Of a stretch of DNA of 64,000 nt, positions 57,128 through 64,000 are shown in pieces (the first letter of the stretch is position 1; each line of letters opens with the position of its first letter). The position numbers and the translations under genes are program-made. The notes under the pieces are model-generated. The model was given only the letters and a program-made list of their open reading frames with translations. It did not search any database and was not told the origin of the DNA. Source of the DNA: a virus; IMG/VR virus record IMGVR_UViG_3300045283_000116, positions 1 to 64,000 of that record; one strand, written 5' to 3'.

Positions 57128-57531
57128 GCCTCCCAGATCGCATCGAAGCCAAGATTGACCGCAGCGGCGACTGCCATCTCTGGACGGGCTACGTCGAGAA
57201 GAACGGCTACGGAAGGGCGAAGTTCAGGGGCGAAATGTGGCTCGTTCACCGCTTGGTCTACGCCCTTGAGGTCGGCCCCATCCCGCCGGGGATGCAGATC
57301 GACCACGTCAGGACTCGAGGCTGCACTTCGCGCGCGTGCGTGAACGTCGCCCACCTGGAGGCCGTGACGCTCACGGAGAACGCCCTTCGCGCGCGAAAGA
57401 CCCACTGTCTCCGCGGCCACCCGTACGACGAGGCCAACACGTACGTCGATCCGTCGACCGGATACCGCCGCTGTCGACGCTGCCACGCCGATGCTGAGCG
57501 CGCACGCTGGACGGCACGGAGGGCGGCATGA
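57124..57531 (+). CDS. HNH endonuclease
   Basis: CHLWTG...GYG...VHRLVY...IDH...CVNVAHLE...EN; KTHCLRGHPY...RRCRRC. Confidence 0.92.
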   Translation: MSLPDRIEAKIDRSGDCHLWTGYVEKNGYGRAKFRGEMWLVHRLVYALEVGPIPPGMQIDHVRTRGCTSRACVNVAHLEAVTLTENALRARKTHCLRGHPYDEANTYVDPSTGYRRCRRCHADAERARWTARRAA

Positions 57532-58907
57532 CCGTTTCACGTGAAACCCTCCCGTACTCCCCCGCCGCCGAGGAATCGGTCGTGGGGGGCGTGCTGGCAC
57601 GTCCGGCGATCGTGCAGGACATCATCGCCACCGGCCTTGAGCCGATCCACTTCTACGGCGCGCCGATGCGAGCGCTGTTCCACGAGGCCGTCCAGTGCTA
57701 CTACGCCGACCAGCCGATCGACCCGCTGACGTTCGCGGAGATTCTCGCCAAGCCGCTCTCGAGGTCATGGGCCTGCGACGACGACGAAGTCGTGACTCGG
57801 GTCCGGGCCTTGGCTGGGGCCGCTCGTGGCGCTCCGCCGCGCCAGCCTGTCGACCACGCCCAACTCGTCAAGCGCCACGCCGACTACCGTGCCCTGCTCG
57901 AAACCGCGGCGATGATCGTGACCGAGGTCGAGCGCGAGAACCAGAGCCCCGAGGAGATTGCCGGGCTGGTCTCGGTGGGCGCGATGGAAGTCGCAACATC
58001 GTCCAGCCTCATGTCGACGATCGTGTCGTTCGACGACCTGGGCCGGAACTTCATCCACACCCAGCGCACGCTGATGGCTGCTCGAGCCGCCGGAGTCGAG
58101 TTGGGCGTCTACTTCGGACTGCCGTTCCTGGATGCGTTCACGCGCGGCCTGCGTCCCTCGGAGCTCCTGTTCATCGCCGGGGAGCCGGGGGTGGGCAAGT
58201 CGGCGGTGACGTGGGCCGCGGCGCTGTCGTTCGCCACGAAGCAGATGCAGCGCCCGGAGGACAAGCGGATCGCCACGCTCGTCCTGTCGCTGGAGATGGC
58301 CGAGGAGCCGTCGTCGGGCCGCCTGGCGCAGGGGGTGACCGGGTTGGACGGTGGCAAGCTGCGCGAGGGCCGTGCGACCCAGGAGGATCTGCGCCGGGTG
58401 GCGGCCGAGTGGCGTAACCGCAAGGGCCTGCCCCTGTACTTCAGCTTCGGGTCGAACCTTCGCGCCTCGCAGGTCCGGGCGATCGTCGCCGACGCGATCC
58501 GCCGCCACAACGTCGGGCTGGTCATCATCGACCACTTCAAGTACCTCGACATGGATGGCCGCTGGCGCTCTCAGATCGAGGAGGACGGGGCCAAGGCCCG
58601 CTTTCTCAAGCAGGACATTGCCACGCAGTTGAACGTGGCCTGCATCTGCTTGGCGCACACGACGAAGGCGATGGAAAACAAGGACCGCCGTCCGAGGTTG
58701 GAGCACCTGCGCGGCAGCCAGGAGATCAGCGCTCATGCGGACTTCGTGTCGTTCATCTACCGGCCGTACAACCACGCGACTGAGTCGGAGATCGACGCCG
58801 GGAAGGTGCTGCGCACGGATGCGGAGATGATCTTCGCGAAGAATCGGCACGCGCTGGAGGGCAGCGCGCAGTTCTTCTTCGACCCGAGCAGGATGGAGAT
58901 TCACTGA
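57528..58907 (+). CDS. dnaB: DnaB-like replicative helicase
   Basis: AEESVVGGVL, GEPGVGKS, SLEM, IIDH, RPRLEHLRGSQEISAHAD, AKNRH. Confidence 0.95.
   Translation: MTVSRETLPYSPAAEESVVGGVLARPAIVQDIIATGLEPIHFYGAPMRALFHEAVQCYYADQPIDPLTFAEILAKPLSRSWACDDDEVVTRVRALAGAARGAPPRQPVDHAQLVKRHADYRALLETAAMIVTEVERENQSPEEIAGLVSVGAMEVATSSSLMSTIVSFDDLGRNFIHTQRTLMAARAAGVELGVYFGLPFLDAFTRGLRPSELLFIAGEPGVGKSAVTWAAALSFATKQMQRPEDKRIATLVLSLEMAEEPSSGRLAQGVTGLDGGKLREGRATQEDLRRVAAEWRNRKGLPLYFSFGSNLRASQVRAIVADAIRRHNVGLVIIDHFKYLDMDGRWRSQIEEDGAKARFLKQDIATQLNVACICLAHTTKAMENKDRRPRLEHLRGSQEISAHADFVSFIYRPYNHATESEIDAGKVLRTDAEMIFAKNRHALEGSAQFFFDPSRMEIH
57534..57547. promoter_or_regulatory. parS: Canonical bacterial parS palindrome
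   Basis: GTTTCACGTGAAAC perfect 14-bp match, encodes VSRET. Confidence 0.8.
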
Positions 58908-59329
58908 TGGCTGCGAACGTGACGTGCGCGAACTGCGGGGTCGAGTTCTGGATGACCGACGGGCTTGAGCGTGCGCGTCGCCGTGACGGGTCCAGCTTCT
59001 ACTGCCCCAACGGCCACTCGCTGTCCTACGCGCCGACCGAGGACCAGAAGCAGATCAAGGAACTCGAGGGGCAACTGGAGTCCCAGCGTCGCCAGCATCG
59101 GCGGCTCATCAACGACTACAACGAGCTCTGGGCGCAGCGCGAGGAACTCGTCGCCGACCTCAAGGTCTGTCCGCTGGGCTGCGGCTATCGCTCGCGCCGC
59201 CAGGTGCCGCGCGACCCGGTGGCGATGGGCCGGGGCCTTGAGCGGGTGCGCACCGACATGGTCGACCACCTGCGCGTCGTCCACGGCGCGCGCATCCCCG
59301 CGACGAAGCTGCTGAAGGCCGGAGCGTGA
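58907..59329 (+). CDS. Zinc-finger plus coiled-coil protein
   Basis: CANCG...FYCPNGH...CPLGC...HLRVVH. Confidence 0.75.
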   Translation: MAANVTCANCGVEFWMTDGLERARRRDGSSFYCPNGHSLSYAPTEDQKQIKELEGQLESQRRQHRRLINDYNELWAQREELVADLKVCPLGCGYRSRRQVPRDPVAMGRGLERVRTDMVDHLRVVHGARIPATKLLKAGA

Positions 59330-59454
59330 TGTGCATCCGCTGCCGTGGTACCGGCAAGATCACCTACCCGCCCGCGCTCACCCCGCAGTTCCCTACGTCC
59401 CAGACCTGCCCCGACTGTGCGGGCACGGGCCAGAACAAACCACAGGAGAGATGA
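59329..59454 (+). CDS. 41-aa DnaJ-type zinc-finger peptide (not in ORF track)
   Basis: MCIRCRGTG...TCPDCAGTG; TGATG overlap. Confidence 0.65.
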   Translation: MCIRCRGTGKITYPPALTPQFPTSQTCPDCAGTGQNKPQER

Positions 59455-59664
59455 ATGCCACGCACGAACTCAGTGCCGATCGGCGAGATCAAGACTCGCG
59501 TCGAGAAAAGGCTGCGCGTCAAGGCCAAGACCGCGGCTGAGCTCGGAGACGAGATCGGCATGTCTGGCCGCGGCGTCGGTCGCGCCCTGGGCCAGCTCGT
59601 GCGGGAGGGCCGCGCCGTCAAGGTCGCGACCCGAGTTCCTGGATACACGAAGCCGAGGCCCTGA
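59455..59664 (+). CDS. Small winged-helix protein
   Basis: KTAAELGDEIGMSGRGVGRALGQLVREG. Confidence 0.7.
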   Translation: MPRTNSVPIGEIKTRVEKRLRVKAKTAAELGDEIGMSGRGVGRALGQLVREGRAVKVATRVPGYTKPRP

Positions 59665-60224
59665 TGCTGACCACCAACCAGACCCTTCTGCTGCGCCGGA
59701 TCGCCAACGCGCCCGAGCCAATCTCGGTCGAGGCGCTGTCGTCCGTTCGCAATGAGCACGACGACGAGATGGGGGAGAACGCCGTTCGCTCGTCGACGAA
59801 GCGCATGGAGAAGAACGGCTGGGTCACGGGCTCAGGCATCGGGAGACTGCGCTCCTACGCGATCACGGCCGTCGGAGTGGCCGCCCTTCAGGACCCGACA
59901 GCTTCGGACTCCAGTCTCGACAATGGGGACCAGGGTGCACCAGCTCCGCCTGGACTCGAGCTGGATGCTTCCCCGGCCTCCAGTCGCAACTACGTGGTGC
60001 TGGAGGAGGTCATGGTCGGCGAGCTCGAGCTGGATGAGCAGGCCGCGGTGTACGTCGTGGTCGAAACCACCGCGGCCCGCAACGTCGAAGCCGCCCTGCG
60101 CCACGCCGCCAAGGCGAACTTCGAGGACGGCATCCCGAGACTGGTCGCCGTGTCCGAGAAGATGTGGCAGGTGACCCCGGTGGAGGTCAAGACCGCGAGG
60201 TCGGTGAGCATCGGTGGAGGGTGA
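59664..60224 (+). CDS. Winged-helix (PadR/MarR-like) protein with C-terminal domain
   Basis: ENAVRSSTKRMEKNGWV...YAITAVG. Confidence 0.7.
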   Translation: MLTTNQTLLLRRIANAPEPISVEALSSVRNEHDDEMGENAVRSSTKRMEKNGWVTGSGIGRLRSYAITAVGVAALQDPTASDSSLDNGDQGAPAPPGLELDASPASSRNYVVLEEVMVGELELDEQAAVYVVVETTAARNVEAALRHAAKANFEDGIPRLVAVSEKMWQVTPVEVKTARSVSIGGG

Positions 60225-60465
60225 CCTGTTCCGCGCGCACGACGACGCCGTGAGCCGAGCTCGCGAGTTCGACGGCGACTGGATCGGGCGACTCAAGGCT
60301 TTCGGTCTGGACCCGGCCGAGGTCGAGGAGGTCATCGTGGCTCGCTGGGAGGACTTCAAGACGGTGCGGCAGGAGGGCGTCATCACGGAGGACTTCGTGC
60401 TGTTCGCCGCGGGCTTTGCCGAGGGCCTCGTTGCTGGCGTGGCGTTCGGTGAACGTGAACACTGA
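60214..60465 (+). CDS. Hypothetical protein
   Basis: Overlapping chain. Confidence 0.55.
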   Translation: MEGDLFRAHDDAVSRAREFDGDWIGRLKAFGLDPAEVEEVIVARWEDFKTVRQEGVITEDFVLFAAGFAEGLVAGVAFGEREH

Positions 60466-61123
60466 ACTGTTCGCCTACGAGGCGTGGCCTCCCCGTTCGA
60501 TCTGGGGCGAGCACGCGGCGCAGGGTCAGAACCCGTACGACACCGTCGACTTCCACGTCGACCTGGGCTGCGGAACCTTGCCGAAGGGTCGGATTGGAGT
60601 CGACCGCTACCGCGCGCCGGGCGTCAACGTCCTCGCCGACCTGGATGCGGTCCTGACGTACGCGGTTCCAGTGGTGCCTGGTGGCGAGGCGGGACCGGGG
60701 GCCGTGCCTGGCCCCGGACTCCCGTTCGCGGATAGCTCGATCCGGTCGATCATCTCCCACCACGCGCTCGAACACATCGGGGACGGGTTCCTCACGCTCA
60801 TGGAGGAAATCCATCGGGTGCTGGTACCGGGCGGTTTGCTGCGGGTCATCACGCCCGCGTTCCCCTCCTGGGCAGCGGTCGGTGACCCCGACCACCGTCG
60901 CTACTTCATGGCCGATCCGTCGACGGGCGCGTCGACGTGGGACGCTTTCTTCGTCGACGGCAACGGCCACTCGTGGCTTTCGGAGTTCTCCGTCCCCTAC
61001 ATCGGCACGGCGAAGTTCATGCGACTCGAGTTGGACGTGACCCCGACGCCCCCCCTGGAACTGCAATGGACGGCCGAGGACAGACGAGAGATGCGTATCG
61101 CTATGGCGGCCTGGAAGCCCTGA
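60455..61123 (+). CDS. Class I SAM-dependent methyltransferase
   Basis: VDLGCG, IGVD, LPFADSS, HALEHI, MEEIHRVLVPGG, DPDH. Confidence 0.88.
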   Translation: MNTELFAYEAWPPRSIWGEHAAQGQNPYDTVDFHVDLGCGTLPKGRIGVDRYRAPGVNVLADLDAVLTYAVPVVPGGEAGPGAVPGPGLPFADSSIRSIISHHALEHIGDGFLTLMEEIHRVLVPGGLLRVITPAFPSWAAVGDPDHRRYFMADPSTGASTWDAFFVDGNGHSWLSEFSVPYIGTAKFMRLELDVTPTPPLELQWTAEDRREMRIAMAAWKP

Positions 61124-61219
61124 GCCATCACTTCGATCCGTCCTACGCTTGGCCGGTCGGTTCTCGCGTCTGCGTTTGCGGTCGCCATGAAGATCATTCG
61201 ATCCACCTAAAATCACTGC

Positions 61220-61645
61220 ATGGCACCACTACCGACACGCCGAATCACAGCCACGTCCTGCGAGGTCATCACGACCGGGCTGGGCAAGAACAACAGGGAG
61301 TACACGATCTACGAGATCGCGGCCCGCGGTGAGGACGGGCTCGAGATCACCGAGAACCTGCGGTCGTTCGAGAAACTGCCGTTGGACGTACTCATCGAGG
61401 TCGAGGTCGAGTCGTTCAGCAGCGACCGCCACGGGCACTCGTACACGCTCAAGCTGCCGCGCAACTCGGAACACAAGGCCGAGAATCAGTCGGGCTCCGG
61501 GCTGTTGGAGCTCATCCGCACCCAGCTCACCGAGCTCCGCACCGAGCTCGAGCTCCTGAAGCCCCAGGTCCGCCAACTCAGGACTCAAGTCGCAGAGTTA
61601 CGGGGCGAAGAAGCGCCCCGAGACGAGACCGAGGTCATCCTGTGA
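61220..61645 (+). CDS. Possible OB-fold protein with coiled coil
   Basis: TGLGKNNREYTIYEI beta pattern; C-terminal heptads. Confidence 0.5.
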   Translation: MAPLPTRRITATSCEVITTGLGKNNREYTIYEIAARGEDGLEITENLRSFEKLPLDVLIEVEVESFSSDRHGHSYTLKLPRNSEHKAENQSGSGLLELIRTQLTELRTELELLKPQVRQLRTQVAELRGEEAPRDETEVIL

Positions 61646-62346
61646 GCCACGCGACGTGCTGCGTGCTCTCCTACAACCGACCGGAGTTCCTGTCTCGCAG
61701 CGTCCTGTCGATGATCCAGAACGCCGACGAGCCTTTCGAGTTGATCGTCCACGACGACGGCAGCAAGGACGCGGTCGACATGCGCGTCGTGCTCGACTGG
61801 TTGCAGTACGTCGTGGGGGCGACCGTCATCCGCAACGCTCCCGGCCACAATCAGGGGCAGGGTGTGGCGCTGAACCGCATGTTCGGGATGGCGACCGGCG
61901 ACCCGATCTACAAGCTCGACCACGACCTGACGTACAAGCCGGGGTGGCTGAGCCGATCGAAGCGGCTGATCCTCGGCAACCCGAAGATCGGCCTCCTGGG
62001 CCTGTTCCACTACTACTACGAGCCGTGCGACTCCCGTCGCACGTTGATCGAGGATCACGAGGAGTGGAGCTCACGCACCCACATCCTCGGTTCGGCGTTC
62101 GGGGTTCGCCGCCACTGCTGGGACTGGCTCGGCCCGTTCGATGAGCACCGCGCCGACTTCGGTGAGGACTGGTGGTTCCAGAAGCGGGTCACGGCAAGCC
62201 GCGACTACTGTTGCGCGTTGCCGAGGAGGGATCTCGTCGAGAACTTCGGCTTCGGGATCGGGCCGTCGACCGTGAACGTTGCGGCCAACACGCTCCAGGA
62301 GATTTACACCCAGCCGTACCTCATCGTTCCGCCTGGAGTCCCATGA
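61642..62346 (+). CDS. Glycosyltransferase family 2
   Basis: SYNRPEFL, HDDGS, NQGQGVALN, KLDHD, GED. Confidence 0.9.
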   Translation: MSHATCCVLSYNRPEFLSRSVLSMIQNADEPFELIVHDDGSKDAVDMRVVLDWLQYVVGATVIRNAPGHNQGQGVALNRMFGMATGDPIYKLDHDLTYKPGWLSRSKRLILGNPKIGLLGLFHYYYEPCDSRRTLIEDHEEWSSRTHILGSAFGVRRHCWDWLGPFDEHRADFGEDWWFQKRVTASRDYCCALPRRDLVENFGFGIGPSTVNVAANTLQEIYTQPYLIVPPGVP

Positions 62347-63233
62347 TCGGCATCGTCATCCCCGTGGGGCCGGGCCGCGAGAAGAACCTGACCCAATGCC
62401 TGTTGGCGATCCGCAGCCTCGGTCGCGACCTGCCGCCCGTCGTGCTCGTCGGTGACGGCGTGGGTCCCGACGATCTGTGGGCCACGGTGCCATTCGGACT
62501 GCCGGAGGTCGGCGTGATCGAGCTACCCAAGCATGTCCCCGGCATGGAGCAGCCGCGCAATCAGGGCGTTCGCTATCTCGCTGGGCGCTGGCCCGAGGTC
62601 ACGTACGTGTGGTTCGTGGATTCCGACGTGGTGCTGGAGCCGTGGGCGCTGGACGCCATGCGCGATGCGATCGCCGACGGCAATGCCGGGACGGAACCTC
62701 GGATTCTCGTCGGACCCTACGACTGGCTGCCGGAGGGTTGGCGGCCCGAGAGCGGGGTGGGCTGGTCGAGTAGAGGCGGCCTCCGCAACGACCCCCGCTG
62801 GCCCGCCTTCGATACCAACGACCCGAGTCACGTGTTCAAGGGCGACCTCATGGCTGGGCTGGCCTGCTTCTCCGGCAACCTGGTGTGGCCGATCGAGGAG
62901 TTCCAGAGGACCGGCGGATTCTGGTCGGAGCTTCACCACGGCCGCTGCGAGGACGGGGAGCTGGGCTTGCGGGCCGTGGCGATGGGCGTCGGAATCTCGA
63001 TGGTGCGCGAGGCGCGCGGCTACCACCTGTGGCACCCGGTCGACACGCAGTTGGCCCTCGCGCGTAACCTGCGCGACGTGCCCATGCTCAACACGCGCCA
63101 CCCCTGGGCCGAGGGTGCGGGCGTGGTGATGGTGGATCGGGACGGCAAGGCGTTCGACGTGCGCTGTTCGGGGTGCGGGAGGCTGGTCCCGACGATCGGC
63201 TGGTGGGAGCACGCCGCCGCCTGTCATGAGTGA
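62343..63233 (+). CDS. Glycosyltransferase family 2
   Basis: IVIPV, RNQG, FVDSD, GGF...EDGELGLR, HLWH. Confidence 0.88.
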   Translation: MIGIVIPVGPGREKNLTQCLLAIRSLGRDLPPVVLVGDGVGPDDLWATVPFGLPEVGVIELPKHVPGMEQPRNQGVRYLAGRWPEVTYVWFVDSDVVLEPWALDAMRDAIADGNAGTEPRILVGPYDWLPEGWRPESGVGWSSRGGLRNDPRWPAFDTNDPSHVFKGDLMAGLACFSGNLVWPIEEFQRTGGFWSELHHGRCEDGELGLRAVAMGVGISMVREARGYHLWHPVDTQLALARNLRDVPMLNTRHPWAEGAGVVMVDRDGKAFDVRCSGCGRLVPTIGWWEHAAACHE

Positions 63234-64000
63234 AATCCTGGTTGTAGTCCCGACCTACCTGACCGAGCCCGCGGACCTCGAGGTCACGCTGAAGATGCTC
63301 GAGTCCCTACGGGCCACGGAACCCGAAGTCGGAGTCGTGGTCGTCGACGACGGATCGCCCGCCGGGCAGCTCGTCGACGAGATCGAAGCCGCCAAGTCAC
63401 GACTGGAGTTTGCCCTTATCCGCCGCCCCGTGAACGAGGGATTCGCCCGTACCGTGAACGTTGGACTGGAGATGGCACGCAACTCGGACCGCGACGCGAT
63501 CCTGGTCAACGCCGACATCGAGTTCATCGACCAGAATTGGGCGCAGAAGATGCAGCAATGCCAGCGCTTCGACGGCCAAGGTCCGGCTGCCGTCGTCGGC
63601 GGACTGCTGCTCTACCCCACCGGCCTGATCCAGCACGCCGGGATCTTCTTCAGCCTCCTGCACCGATGTTTCGACCACCGTTACAAGTACGCGCCGCTCG
63701 ATCTCCCCGAGGCGCTGGTGGCCGAGTCGTGCCCGGTCACCGGAGCGTTGCAGTTCATCCGCAACGACTGCCTCCAGATCGTCGGCCTCTACGACGAGGA
63801 GTTCCGGCTCGGCTGGGAGGATGTGGACTATTGCTTGCGCGTGTTCATGGCCGGGGGCGAGTGCGTGTACGACCCGACCGTCCGCGCATTCCACTACGAG
63901 TCGATGTTCCGCAGCAAGCCGTCCCCGAAGATCCAAGATTGGCAGGCTCGCTCATGGCTGTACCTAGTCCAGAAGTACAAGACCACGAGCTTCGCCCTGT
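63226..64000 (+). CDS. Glycosyltransferase family 2 (3' truncated)
   Basis: MSEILVVVPTY, VDDGSP, NEGFARTVNVG, LVNAD, GWEDVDYCLR. Confidence 0.9.
   Translation, partial: MSEILVVVPTYLTEPADLEVTLKMLESLRATEPEVGVVVVDDGSPAGQLVDEIEAAKSRLEFALIRRPVNEGFARTVNVGLEMARNSDRDAILVNADIEFIDQNWAQKMQQCQRFDGQGPAAVVGGLLLYPTGLIQHAGIFFSLLHRCFDHRYKYAPLDLPEALVAESCPVTGALQFIRNDCLQIVGLYDEEFRLGWEDVDYCLRVFMAGGECVYDPTVRAFHYESMFRSKPSPKIQDWQARSWLYLVQKYKTTSFAL

Larger units (their letters stand above)
1..64000 (+). mobile_element. Tailed dsDNA bacteriophage (siphovirus-like) genome segment, probable actinobacterial host
   Basis: Canonical order terminase-portal-protease-capsid-neck-tail-TMP-fibres-lysis-replication; dense overlapping (ATGA/GTGA) small ORFs; no host housekeeping genes. 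Confidence 0.96.

Noticed and set aside
1-64000. Stop-codon reassignment, tRNA genes, integrase/att, inteins
   Set aside because: Core genes are intact under the standard code; I saw no cloverleaf, recombinase or intein motifs by eye

Overview
The whole window is part of a high-GC tailed dsDNA phage genome (siphovirus-like: 1,673-aa tape measure, no sheath), cut mid-gene at both ends. Its host is most likely actinobacterial, possibly Thermoleophilia/Solirubrobacterales (inferred). Layout: early/accessory small ORFs (1-11.3 kb); HNH, terminase small and large subunits (11.3-14.3 kb); an inserted secreted collagen-like gene; portal, protease/scaffold, capsid, neck and tail genes with a -1 frameshift chaperone (16.4-44.1 kb); a GT4 glycosyltransferase, an RlpA-like plus Rpf-like secreted transglycosylase pair, holin-like genes and a CHAP endolysin (44.1-53 kb); a short leftward regulatory operon; Cas4-like nuclease, initiator, HNH and DnaB; and a methyltransferase plus three GT2 glycosyltransferases at the right edge. 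Main non-obvious signals: (1) a strongly over-represented dyad GACT-NN-AGTC (mostly GACTGGAGTC) written into coding sequence across the window, with exact or near copies beside several promoter-like -10 boxes; (2) an exact 13-bp late-promoter-like motif GTCGTAGATTAGG in five copies; (3) a host-type parS at the start of dnaB; (4) a stand-alone secreted Rpf/RlpA cassette sharing an unknown Cys motif; (5) a Thr-rich collagen tail fibre next to a glycosyltransferase; (6) a papain-like protease fused to the tail hub. I saw no integrase, tRNA, CRISPR array, DNA polymerase or reverse transcriptase. All calls are by eye; no database searches were run.
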